Assembly (NCBI GenBank): GCA_043228905.1
Contig: JBHGNT010000012.1
Location: forward strand, 19,282,001-19,346,000
DNA from: Azolla caroliniana
Taxonomy: Eukaryota > Plantae > Polypodiophyta
Length of the DNA: 64,000 nucleotides
Direction of reading: 5' to 3'
Of the stretch, positions 35,501-47,752 are shown piece after piece (position 1 is the stretch's first letter; every line of letters starts with the position of its first letter). The notes beneath the pieces were generated by a model, which had not been told where the DNA came from, ran no database searches, and saw nothing but the letters and a program-made list of their open reading frames with translations. A program made the translations under genes and the position numbers.

Positions 35501-38013
35501 CTTGGCACGTCCGTGGGCCAGGACCTTGTCCAGCGAACCCACGCCAATTCCTGTAGCTCTTCATCCGAATCGTTCAGAATATCAAAAATCGAAGGCTCTT
35601 CTGGCCTTGGATGTATTCCATCTATATCTTCCTCTTCATCTTCATCTTCATCTGTGTCCCAGTCGTCATTCGGAGCAGGTTTTGAATGTTGTGATTCGGT
35701 TGGCTGCTCTGGTTCACTTCTTCCGGGAGCTTGAAGACCAGGAGTCTTGCTGGTTCTTTCGGCTTCGATTTTATCCAATTGGACGGAAGTGCCTATATCA
35801 TTTTTGTCGAATTCTTGCATAATACGTTGAATTTCTTCTTTGTAAAATGCCGCAATTTCGTCCATATCTTTCATGATATCCTCTTGGATATTGTCAATAT
35901 CCTTTTGTGCCATTTTAAAAAAACCTGCACCTTGGACCTGACGGTTATTTTTGTCGGCACGCAATAACTGTAATTCCGCCGCTTGTGCCGTCCATAACTT
36001 CCATCCTTGCGCAAGGGATTCGTCGATCATTTTCTTTGCTAGCTTTCGATGTTTCCCTATGATGTGCTGCACTTTGTCCTTAGTGATGCTTGCGTCGAAT
36101 TGAGCGGCTTGCAACTCTTTCCGTAAATCCGTAATGGTGGCTCGGTTTTCACTTTCAGCCTGCATTAGTTTGGATTCGACTACATATATGTCCAGCCGCC
36201 TTTGTTCCGATATCTTCCGGATTTCGTTCAGTTGTTGTTCGAATGCCGATTTCTCTTTGCTCCATTCCTCCTGCTGTTCCGTAATTCTTCTGTTGACTTC
36301 TTCAAGACTCCGCTCTTTTTCTGTCAATTGACTTTCCTGTGACACTATATACCTTTCGAATTCCTCAATTTGTTCGGTATATGTATGATTGGCCGTCTTA
36401 GCTTCTTCCAGATTTTTCTGTAATTCGTTTATTAATTGATTTTTTTCTTCGAGAACTTTGTATTGGCCATTCTGAATGGTTTCTATTTGTTTTTCTAATT
36501 CTGTAGTTCGAAATACAACATTGTTGGCCCTTGTTGTTTCTGCTTGACGTGCTTTCTCGGCGTCCTCCAATTTCTGCTACCATTCTGACTCCGACGCCAT
36601 AGGTCGTGCCTGTGTTTCCCATTTGTTTAGACTTTCTTTTAGTTCTTTATTTTCTGTCTGTATGTTACAAAACTGACGTTTCAGCACCTCCGCCGATGCT
36701 GATACACTTTTGTATCTTTCAGCCATATCACTGGCTGCTTTGCGTGCCTTTTCATATTCTCTATGAATTTCGACCAGTGCTTCATGTAATGGTGGCATTT
36801 CAATAGCCTCCCCTCTATTCTGTGCATTTCTTTTCCGGCCGATTTTCTCTATGTCTGCTTTTTCTTGAGGTTCCAACACTCCTCGTAAGGACTTCTATAT
36901 CATTATTCGGTCATGATGTTCTTGAGCCAGCCGTTCTGATACTTCTGTCAATCTTCTAGCCAACCATTCAACCAGTTCGTATGAAGTTCCGAACTGTAAA
37001 ATGGCAGCTAATTCATGTGCTGCTGGTGGAATATCCAAGCACCCATGTGCTTCCCGAATTGCTACTTTTGAGGATTGTCCTTGTTGAAGTTGTGTCGAAA
37101 CGCTCTCATTCCCTGGTTTTATTACTTCTGTTACTACAGGCGTATTCGAATTTTCCTTTGTGCGTTGCCTTTTCGGTGCTGACTCATCACTGTTTTCTGG
37201 TTGGAATTGCCGATTAGCCTTTTGTTTAACCCTTGTCCTTTGTGGCATCTCCTCTGCTTGTTGTCGATTTTCTGTCGACTGCTGCTTGTTTATCAAATGG
37301 TCAACTGTTTCTTGTTCGGCTGCTGGTTGCCTGTTTTCGGAATTCTCTGGTCTTGGTGGTTCCGACTGAGGCATTTCCGTTTGTATATTATCGGCATGTG
37401 CCGATTCTTCCTCTATCCATTCTTCATGTGCTACCTGTCGGTGTCTTCGAGGTGCTTGTACTATCGGTGGTCTTCTTGACTGAACAGGAGTTTCCGATTC
37501 TTGAATCGGAAACAATACCGATAGCCAACGACCAAAAATTTGCTTCATTGGTTTTCCTGTTTTTACCCCTTGTAGCTGCTCTCTCAGAGCTTCCCCCGAC
37601 AATAGTGGCCAATTGAAATCCTCTTTTTCGTATGCGGCTATGATAAACCCATCCCTTTTTTTCGGCATACAATAAAAACGGGGACTGACAAATCCCACCT
37701 CTAGTAAAAATCTAGCCACTTCATGGAAAAACTCATCCCGACCTCCATAAGTCTGATATGCTTTTGCCGAGGGTGAGTATTCTCCGAAATACGATTGGAG
37801 TGCTTCTGATGAAGGTTTTTTAACTGCATCAAAGCCTCCTCTTGGCATCTGTAATGCATTTCGTATTTTCTTTGTGGTGACCTTGGTGATGTTTAATTGT
37901 TGCACCAATTCTTCCGCCTGCGGATGAGGTTCCACTTCTGCTACTTTGATGAAACCTTGTAAGTTTCTCTCATGAAGCCACAGTCGCAGTTCTTCAGACA
38001 CAGGAATCGGCAT
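35386..38013 (-). pseudogene. Accessory ORF of E2 (~875 codons) with two in-frame TAG stops
   Basis: ORFs 36895-38292, 36577-36879 and 35386-36570 share one frame. The likely start is MPIPVSEEL at 38013, by homology to E1 MPLTASTET. Confidence 0.8.
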
Positions 38014-38389
38014 GACTTCTGTGTTTGCTTGTTCTGTATCACTTGTCGATGACGGTTGGAGATCTGCACAGCTTCTGTAGCGATGAAAATAAGAAAAACA
38101 GAGTTTGGGCGAGCTAGGGCACGAAGGCTCAGAATGTTTCGAGATCTGCACTCGTTTCTGTTGCTTTGGCGACACAGAAGATACAGAAATATGCTTTAAA
38201 GATATTAACTTATGCATTATGACTAAAGAATAGTAATTGCTATTAATGTAGGAATTAATTAGTATTAACTCTACGTGTAGTGGTTGTACCACTTACTAAT
38301 AATGCAATTCCTCTTCCTATTTATAGTCGATTCAGACTGTTATGGCAAGATTCTATTTCTGCATTGACAAGAACTATTGAGTGAGTTAG

Positions 38390-41300
38390 TTAGTTAGTTT
38401 TTTTTTTTTTTTTTTCTTCTGTTTGAATAAACGGGTTTACCGGCATATCTCCCAAATACGGTTTAAGCCGGAATCCATTTACCCATTTCGGTAAAACCTC
38501 TCCGGTTAATGATCCCAGCTGATACGTACCATTTTTACTATTAATTATCCATACTGGACCTGTCCATCTATACCGGAGTTTCCCAGGCATAAGTCCCATT
38601 TTCGTCTGGAATACCAATACCGGTTTCCCAATTTCGAATTGCTCTTCCGATTTCCTTCGATGTCGATTTACAAATGCCTTGATTTGTCTCTACTTGTGTT
38701 CTAGTGCTGACATTGATTGAATCCGTTCTTCTTCTAATACTAATAAATCCTCTTTGCGTATCTGCTCCGATTCTATTTCATTTAACTTATTCGTCGCTTG
38801 GATGCGAAGTGTCGGAATTTGAAATTCGATCGGCATAACAGCTTCAAGTCCGAATGCCATTCGGAAAGGTGTTGATTTAATGGATGTTTTGTACGAAGTA
38901 TGATATGCCCATAATGCACTATTTAACTTTTGATCCCAATCAGTACGATTTTCATTCACTATCTTCTTTAAAATTGTTTGAATTGTTTTATTTGTCGATT
39001 CTGCCAATCCATTAGCTTGGGGATAGTAAGGCGTACTTTTCTTATGAACTACGGCATAATAATTGGTTAATTCGTGAATTAACTTGTTAATAAAATGAGT
39101 GCCTTGATCGCTTACCAATTCTATTGGGCAACCGAATCGACACCATATATTTTCATACAGGAATTTTGTTGTGGATGCTGTTGTATTGTCTCTGAGAGCT
39201 TTTGCTTCAACCCATTTTGTGCAATAGTCAGTCGCAATTATGATATATCGATTACCGGTTCTTGCAGCTGCTGGTTTGAATGGGCCAACAAAATCTAAGC
39301 CCCATTTCTGAAATGGCTCAAGAGGTAAAACCGGTTGAAAAGGCATTCGATCCTTTTCGGTCGGTTGCCCCATTGTTTGACACAAATCGCATTTCTTACA
39401 GTATTCGTTAGCATCTTTCATCACAGTTGGCCACCATAACCCGCTATTCCATATTTTTCTGGCTGTTGCTTCTCCTGCGTAATGACCGCCAGCAATTCCA
39501 CAATGTGACTCTGTTAATATGGCTAATTTTTCAAATTTCCGTACTGCCCTTCGCCATATTCCATCCGCTCCTTTATGATACAACATGTCATTAAATAAAC
39601 AAAAATTTCGACTTCGTACTGCAATTCTTTTTCTTTCATCTGTGGACATGTGTTCGGCCGGAATTCCTGTTGATAGAAATATCGTCATTTCGGAAATCCA
39701 TTCATCCTCTTTTTCCTCATTCATTTCTTGTGCTTTTACTGCCTCAACCCGAAATAATTGAGTATCTGGAAAATCATCTTTAACACCAACCGCTTCTTCT
39801 CCAGATTCAAGCCGACTGAGATAGTCAGCAATCGCGTGTTGTGCTCCTAGTCGATGTATAACGTCGAATTCAAACTCTTGAAGCAATAACGTCCATCTGG
39901 CTAACTTGCCTGTCAATTCTTGTTTGGAAACTAGATACAGTAGAGCCGAATGATCCACATGAAATGTAAATTTCTTACCCAAAAGGTAATGTCGAAATTT
40001 GTTCACACTATATATCATTCCCAAAGCTTCTCTTTCGGTTGTTGAATAGTTTCTTTCGGCTGACGAAAGTTTCCTACTAGCATAGTATACCGGCCTATAC
40101 CAGTTTGGTTCGGATAATTGCATTAAAGCACTGCCTATGGCAATGTCCGACGCATCGACGAAAACATGAAATGGTTTGTTCCAGTCCGGTGGTTGGACTA
40201 CCGGAACCTTTGTCAGCATCTTCTTGAGACATTCGTATGCATCTTGTTCTATACTTGTCCATATAAAAGGAACTCTGTGTACTGCTGTGTGTAACGGAAT
40301 AGCAATGTCTGCTAGATATCTAATCATTCTACTGTGCCACCGAATTTGACCCAAAAATCTACTTAGAGCTTTAGCATTTGTCGGTGGTGTTGCCTCAATA
40401 ATTGCTTTAACTTTGTCCGGGTCCACTGCAATCCCTTCTTGACTGACAATATGCGCAAGTAACGTACCACTCATTACTCCGAATGCGCATTTGGCTGGAT
40501 TTAAGCTAAGACGCCCTTTTCGACATTTTTCTAAACATAGCCGTAAATGCTCAAAATGATCAGCTTTCCGACTATATACCGCAAAATCATCTAAAAACAC
40601 CTGCATGAAAGCTGGAATATATTCCCCGAATATTTCCTGTATTACCCGCTGAAATGTAGCTGGAACTGTTTTTAAACCGAACATCATTACTACTGCCACA
40701 AAGACACCCCATTCTGTGACAAAAGCTGTCTTTTCCTGATCTTCCGGATTCATCCGTACTTGGTTGTACCCACTAAACCCATCCAAGAAACTATAAATTT
40801 CATGTCCAGCGACTGCATCTAATATCCCATCTGTGAATGGTAACGGAAACGCATCCGTAATTATCGCTGCATTCAATTTTCTGTAATCCACACATACGCG
40901 AATTTTCCCATTCTTTTTCGGAACTACTACTATCGGACTCAGCCATGTTGATTTTTTGACGGGTCGAATAAATCCTACTTTTAAGAGTTTATCGATTTCT
41001 TTTTTTACTTTGATAGCATAATTCGGATTCAACCTGTACCTGCGTTGTTGTACTGGCTTTGCATCTTTATGCAAATTGATTTGATGTTGACAAAAAGCAG
41101 GATCCAGACCTTTCATATCGTCAAACGACCATGCAAAAACATCTTTATATTGTAATAGTAATGTTGTTAATGTCCGTTTGTCATTTTCCGCCAAATCTCT
41201 AGCAATCAAGACTGTTTTTCTTTCACCATCCTCTACTCCTGCCAAATCGATCTCCTCTAATGCTGAGGCTTGCACTCTCTGAGATACCTTTATTTCCTTA

Positions 41301-43861
41301 TCTGTAGCTTCTTGTTGCATTCGTATTTCTTTCATTGTTTGCTCATCTATTGGCACTTCTTCGTGTGAGTCTACATATGGTGTTAATGCTTGCAAAATAT
41401 CTACCTCAAATAGAGGGATGATTTTCTGATTATCATTAAAATACTGACTTTCTTCTTCCTCGTCCAATCCTTCCATCATATTAACTGCTTCTGCATGTAC
41501 AGGTAAACTCTGTTTGGTTGTTGTCACTTTGTTGTGCGTCGGAATCCTGACCTTAGTTTTTCCTTTCCTAAATGTTAGCACATTTTGTTTCCAATTTTGT
41601 TTGATATTAGCTGTCTTTAACCATGGTCTCCCCAATAACAAGGGGTATGCTCCCTGTGCTTCTAACTGCAAAATTACTACCGAAATCTGAAAACTGTGTC
41701 CCCCGATTATTACATCCAGTTGTCGAAGCAAACCAATCGGTCGTACCATACTTGTATCTGCCATTCGTAACCAAAACGGACATGCTTCCCATTCCGTGAT
41801 TCCTAGTTTTTCACATGTAGCTTTGTTAATCACATTAACTCCCCAACCTCCATCTATAATCACATTTCCGATTTCTTGCCCGTAAACTATTACCTTAATC
41901 GACGGATTCTGTTCATCCATGATCGAAGGGTTATTACTTGGCTGATTGTAGTGTACTGCTATTTGTTCGGAACCTTTATATGCAATTAATGCTGCCACTT
42001 TTTCTGTAAACCTTGGTACTAACTTAAGTAAGCCCGTAAGTGGCAATGACACTTGGCAATCAGCGAACAGTTTCCAAGTTTCTTCCTGTTCCTTATTCCC
42101 CAATGACTGTTGTACAGTGATGTTCTGGTCAATGTTATTGTCTTGTAACATTCGATTCACATTACTTTGATTTGCTTCGTCAACCCATTCTTTTGCCGCC
42201 TTCCGAACTGCTTCCTGAATTTCCCATTCTGATTGTTTGCTTTTGCTACGTGTCGTTACTTGCTGAACTTCCGGTATTACCATATTAACTGATGGACCCT
42301 TTCCTTTAACCAGACATTGATTAGCATAATGGCCTAGTTGTCGACAAATATAACAAGTGGGTACAAATGTTCCACCGGTCTCTCCATGTGCAAATTGGCC
42401 GTTATTAAATTGCTGCTCTTCATTACCACTCGGGTTTTGTTGGAATTGATGTGTAGCTTTTGGTTTGTAAAATTTCTTATTTTTATACCGATTCTGCCTA
42501 AATTGTTCGGTATTATCATTTGGTTGTGCTACATTTTGTGTTATCCCGAACTCTTGATTTGGCGGAAAATTATTCTGTTGAAACATTTGATTATTTTGTG
42601 GAAAGGTTTGAGTATTATGTTGAAAGGTCATATTACCCGGTTGAAATGCCGGATTCGGTTGAAATGCAGAATTCGGTTGAAATGCAGAATTCGGTTGCAC
42701 ATTCGGACAATTCTGTTGAAACCCTTGAAATGGTGGGTTACCTTGTTGGAAACTTTGATTATTTTGTTGAAAATATTGATTCGGATTCTGTACGAATGGT
42801 GGGTTGGATTGAGCAAAACCTGGTTGAAATGCTTGAGTCACTTGAGTGGGTTGCATATTTTGTTGTGAAAAGATCTGATTTGGCTGTAGAACCGGATATT
42901 GTTGAAAAGTTGGATTTTGTTGTACATTTTGCTGATTTTGTGAAAAATTATTATTTTGATAACCATTGAACAGATTAGTGTTATTTTGGTAACCATTGTC
43001 AGTAAAAATTTGTCGTACTGACGCCGTAGTTTTATTAAGCAGATTATATTCACATTGTTCTACTGAATGTAATTTTGAATGACATATTGTACAATGTGTT
43101 CTTAACGTACATTCAATTGCCGAATGCCCCGTATTTAAACAAGTGGTGCATTGAACTGCTTGACGAAATTGTAACTCCTCCATTGTTGGTAATGTACGTT
43201 GTAATGCCGACATGTCCATACTCTGAACATTGACCGGCGGTCGACCCATTTCTATTGCTTTATCAATTACTTGTTCGATAGTCTGATTTCGAAAATCGAA
43301 CACTTTCAATGTCGTCCTTAATGGTTCTTTTACAGCTTCTAAAAAGACTTCTTTTAATTCATTATCCGGAATCGGCCTTGAAATCTGAAGCTGTAAGTTT
43401 TGAAATCGTATCACAAACTGAGATACTGTTTCATTTTTTTCTTGATATAACGCATAAAATTGCGCAATCAAATCCTTCTGCGGAATTTGTCGATGAAATA
43501 ATTGTAAAAATTTACTAGTTAACACTTCAAAGGATGGAAATCCTTGAAGACCGTTCTGCGCAAACCAATTGGCGGAATATCCGTCTAATGATAAGACGAA
43601 CTCAGCGATTTTTGACTTATCTTCGGCATCTGCCGACAATCGCTGAGCTCCATGGTTAATCTCCCATGTCGTTAAGAAATCCCTAACATGTGCTTCCGCA
43701 TCTGTTCCTTCCCGGAACTTAGAATAAGTATAAGGCATATCGTCCCAAATGTCGTAAAACGATACCTCTTCCGTCTGTTTTTCGTCTGAAGGTAATTGAT
43801 CGGATAAGTCAGGAAGTTTCGACCACTTTGGGTGCGCGGGCATTTGGGTGCGCGGGCGCAT
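38390..43861 (-). CDS. Gag-Pol polyprotein of E2 (single frame, one premature TAG at 38690)
   Basis: 1723-aa ORF: capsid-like Gag, three CCHC knuckles, Q/N-rich tract, protease IIDGG, RT (SPIVVVPKKNGKIRVCVDYRKLN, FLDD), RNase H (DASD, EREAL, DH) and integrase (HH-CC, GLDFVGP, SDQG, NGLAE). The frame continues to GFRLKPY at 38390-38617. No chromodomain seen. Confidence 0.95.
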
Positions 43862-44062
43862 CGATGATCTTCAGGTAACCGCCCATTCCCTGTTCCTGGA
43901 GCCAGGCGCGGGTTTCTGTTGAAGCGGTAAGAGGCATGGTGGAGATGGAGGCGGGGTTTGACTGTGTGGAAGAGTGAAGAAGATTGATGAGGCGAGGGCG
44001 AGACAGAGGAGGAACAGCAAGAAGGGGAAGTTCAGCAGAGGGGCTATGAGAGCGAAAGAGGG

Positions 44063-44518
44063 TGTTAATCGGCTAATTACTAACTACTACCGATACAGAA
44101 GAGTGAACGTCGCTACTCAACGTTCTAACAAGGAATTGTGTTTTACGAACAGAAATATACTATATTAATCGGTAATTACCGTGATCGTTACTTAGTTATA
44201 AATTAGGAAGATTGCACTTAACAAAATAGACAATAGAAAGAACACATAATCCGTACATGATATTCCTAACTTAAACTTATATTACTAAATAAACGACCTT
44301 TCTTACAATGCCTTCGGTTCCCTTTTATAGGTATACCGAAGGTCTTTTCTCATCAAGAACTATTCCTACTTACTATCAAGAATTACAAAATTATCTAACT
44401 AACTTAGTTCTCTTCGTTCACTGTTGAGTCATCGATCCGAACAGTCGATCCGAACCGACTCCGTTTTCGACGCTTTCCCACTTGTTCGGTAAAACTGACT
44501 GTCCGGGTCCGGGTAACA
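44063..44518 (-). repeat. LTR of E2 (upstream of gag)
   Basis: Direct repeat of 35045-35500. Confidence 0.92.
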
Positions 44519-45888
44519 TCTGCACTCTGTTCAGAGTCATCTTTGCTTGTTCCGTCTCCTCATAATGTTGTCGGTTGAGCTCCATCCGGTCCCCTACCGC
44601 TTCTTCCAGTGCCTTTTCCATGTCGACTGCCTTGGTCCGCTCTTCCGCCAATGCCTCTACCTCCATGTTGACCTCATTTTGGAGTTCCCCTAGCATCTCT
44701 TGCTACCGGTCACCTTCAACAATCAACTTCTTGTGCTCCGCATCCAAATGCTTGTGATCCCGGTGTTGTCGTTCAAAATCCTCCGTCTTCTGCTTTAGCT
44801 TTTGGTTTATTTGGTGTCGGGCGTGGTCTTCCTGGTCTTTCTACTGCCGGAGTTCTTCTTTGAGCCACTCGATTTCGGTTTCCGCCGATCGCCAGAGCTT
44901 ATCCTTCTCTTGTAGCAGCTTCACCTTTTCTTCCTTCAACCGGTCATTTAATTGGCAGCTTTTCCGGAGATTTTCTTCGAGTTTTCGTTTCTCATCCTCC
45001 GTTGCCTTCTTCTACTCTTGTTCTGTAGCCTCCTAGGCTTCTAACTCTTCCCTGAGAGTGGAGAGTTCTTGCTCCCATGTAATACTTGTGTCCGGTGTTG
45101 TAGGGGCTACAGACGTGTTATCTGTATGTTCGGTCACCGGCACCACTGGTTCTGGTCCGGTCGGCCCCGGACTAACCTATCTGGCCACGTCTGCTTTGGC
45201 CTTCTTAACTTCTTCTTCCATGCTCCGGATCCTTGACTGGGCTTTCTCGAGTTCTTCGGTTGTGGCGAACAACCGATCCCATTGTGCTCTCTCTTCCACT
45301 TCAATTTGTCTTACAACCCCAGCCACCTGCTCTCTGATCCATCTCAACCATTGACTGTCGGTGCATTCTTGCCCTGCCGGTTCCGGTTGTGGTGTTGGCT
45401 CTGCTCTCACCACAAACCCTTGTTGTAATGTCATCTCTCGCGACAACTCCTTCTCTTGCTATGCTCGTCGACCCGGTGAGATTGGTGCTTCTGTTACCGT
45501 TACTAGCCGAACAGGCTCCGTTTCCTTCCTTGGCTCTGGTTCCTCAGAGTGGGGTGTCGGTGTGTTGTCCTTTACCAAATCCTATTCGTCTCTTTTCTGC
45601 TCCATGTCGCTTCTCTTCCGGCGACATAGGAGAGTGTCGGCGGGTTCTTCCTCCGCCTCCTCCTCTTGGGTTCCCATGTTTATCCCTTGAGCCAAGTTAG
45701 GCAGCTCTTGCTCTTGCGGACGCAATTTGATTTTAAGAGGCCTAACCGGTTGTTCTACTGGGGCCTTTGTCTCCGCCTGCCGCTTCCAACTGGTCTGCTC
45801 CTTTTCTTTCTATGATGAACCTCCCTCTGTCCAACCGAGAGTGTACTTGGCAAGAAGTTGTTGCCACTTCGAGGACTTGTTTGGCATT

Positions 45889-46419
45889 TGTTGAGAATCA
45901 AGCTGAACATAGTGCAACATGTGAACACACCTTTTGAGAATCCATGATTACTCAAAGGTCAAGAGTCACACCACTACTCAAGCTCAACATAGTGCAACGT
46001 GTGAACACACCTTTTGCAAATCCATGATTACTCAAAGGTCAAGAGCCACACCACTACTCTCTACACATTAACTATGTGTCATAGAATCATATTCTATGAC
46101 ACATAACTAATGAGTTACATATTCCTCATGACTATGAGTCTTCACATTCCCCAAGAGAGAGAGTGGTTGTTGTAAGTTAATGAAGAGAGAGGGTGACTCT
46201 ATATAAAGCACCCTCCTCATACTTTATACTAAGTCAGTTATGACTCCTTATTATGCTACATTTTGTAATTCTTATTCTACTTGTGAAATATACACCTTCT
46301 TCTTGAGTATTCCTTTTTCTATCTATCTTGTGTTCTCTCATCTCTCCTCTAATTCCTCTCACACATACACATAACACACATCTCTTCCGCTACACAAGAA
46401 TCATACCCAATTCTTTACA
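45889..46419 (+). mobile_element. Solo LTR of the copia A family with an internal ~79-bp tandem duplication
   Basis: tgttgagaatcaag...ttctttaca, similar to the reverse complement of 20212-20663. Flanks gcatt/acgtc may be a decayed TSD. The host ORF reads through when it is removed. Confidence 0.8.
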
Positions 46420-46750
46420 ACGTCGTATCGGTCGTTCGGCCCCGCATCTTTGCCTTTATTGTCAGCACCAGCGGTACCAGGAGAGTGAGCCATCGAGCCA
46501 CTACTGTCCACACCTTCTTGCCGTCTACCACCGATTGTATGGCTGCTCGCAAACAATCATCGATGATTACCAGCCAATCCACCTTTACCCCTTCGTATGT
46601 GGCGATGATTAATCCGGCTATGTTATTTGGCATTGTCGGGGGTCAGGGGTTGACAAACCCATACTTGTGGAACACACGAGCTACTTCTAAGAACTAGGCG
46701 TCGTCACCGCCCTGTGTCCGGTACGCTTTGCTGGCCAGTCGCCAAAATTG

Positions 46751-47177
46751 TGTTGTCACCGGGCTAGACAAGCCACTAACACAAGGTGTCCCTATGGAAC
46801 ACTTCACCAAAGGGGTGGTATGGTAAGGAATGTGCAAACCGTAATACAAAACCGATCCTTTCCGGTTACTATCCAGAATGATTAACTTGATACACGCGTA
46901 TGATAATCACATTAAGTACATAATGATATTAACAAGATAAACAATATGTAAAGACACAACACTTATCTATTAATTATCCGTTGTTACTTACATCGTCTCC
47001 AGATCCTTTTATAGGTATCCGGCTGGGTTACAAACCGGTGCCAAGCGGCAACCGGCTACGAACCGGATCGGCATACCGATTCCAGGTCCTTCCGTCTGCT
47101 CTTATAATTATCATAATTTATCTAATTACAACTCCCAAACCGGATCCCCTTTCATACTCTGGCCTAACCGGCCAACA
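46751..47177 (-). repeat. 5' LTR of element D
   Basis: tgttg...caaca. The first ~200 bp match 31103-31306. TATA-like cctataaaagg on the minus strand at about 47005-47015. Confidence 0.85.
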
Positions 47178-47752
47178 TAGGGCAATGCTTGAGGAGAAGC
47201 ATATGCCGAAACTCTAGTAGGCCGAAGCCGTTAGGACAACGGTATACCTGCAGAATCAGATTTCGGCAAATGGAGGAGTGTAGCCACATGAGTTGTACTT
47301 CGGGAAGAAGCCGAATTTGACACACTTGAGGGTATTCGGTAGCATTGCATATGTGGATGTGCCGAAGGGAAAGCGGAGGAAGTTAGATGCAAAAGTCGAG
47401 AAGTGTATGTTGGTCGGCTACTCGGATGAGCATAAGGGTTATAAGTGTTATAAGCCCCGAACAAAAGAGGTCAGAGTAAGCCAAGATGTTGTTTTCGATG
47501 AGTCGGTGTCGTGGTACTTCCCTTCACCACCAATCCCCATCCATTCCATTCCAAATTCTAAGGATGAGGCCAGTGAGGCTGAGATTCCCCTTGAGGAAGA
47601 GGAAATCGAAACTCTAGAAGAGAGTCTGATCTCATTTCGGCTAAGTGGGCCGAATGAGAGACTAGGTTGAACAGACCAATCGGATGAAGAGCCAACGAGT
47701 TCTGGAGACTTGGCAATGCAATCCCCACCCGCGCCAGAAATTGACGAGACGG

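Larger units (their letters stand above)
35045..44518 (-). mobile_element. Ty3/gypsy element E2 (non-chromovirus type), nearly intact
   Basis: Near-identical 456-bp LTRs 35045-35500 and 44063-44518 (tgtta...taaca). Gag-pol and accessory ORF are on the minus strand. No matching TSD. Confidence 0.9.
31103..47177 (-). mobile_element. Gypsy-type element D (internally deleted; hosts E1/E2 and a solo LTR)
   Basis: Complete LTR 46751-47177 and its truncated copy 31103-31306. TSD tatgg/taggg splits copia B integrase (..TIEE|RAMLEEK). Partial PBS tggcgact on the minus strand near 46743-46736. Accessory-ORF remnants at 44519-45888 and 46420-46735. Confidence 0.8.

Noticed and set aside
35386-36570. 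Host SMC/myosin-like coiled-coil gene or env gene
   Set aside because: It lies between the E2 LTRs, in frame with the accessory ORF, and shows no ATPase motifs, signal peptide or transmembrane anchor.
31863-38692. Stop-codon reassignment or U-to-C editing explaining the TAG stops
   Set aside because: The host GT34 gene ends in an ordinary TAG, and the stops fall at non-homologous positions in E1 and E2. Methylation-driven decay is the simpler explanation.
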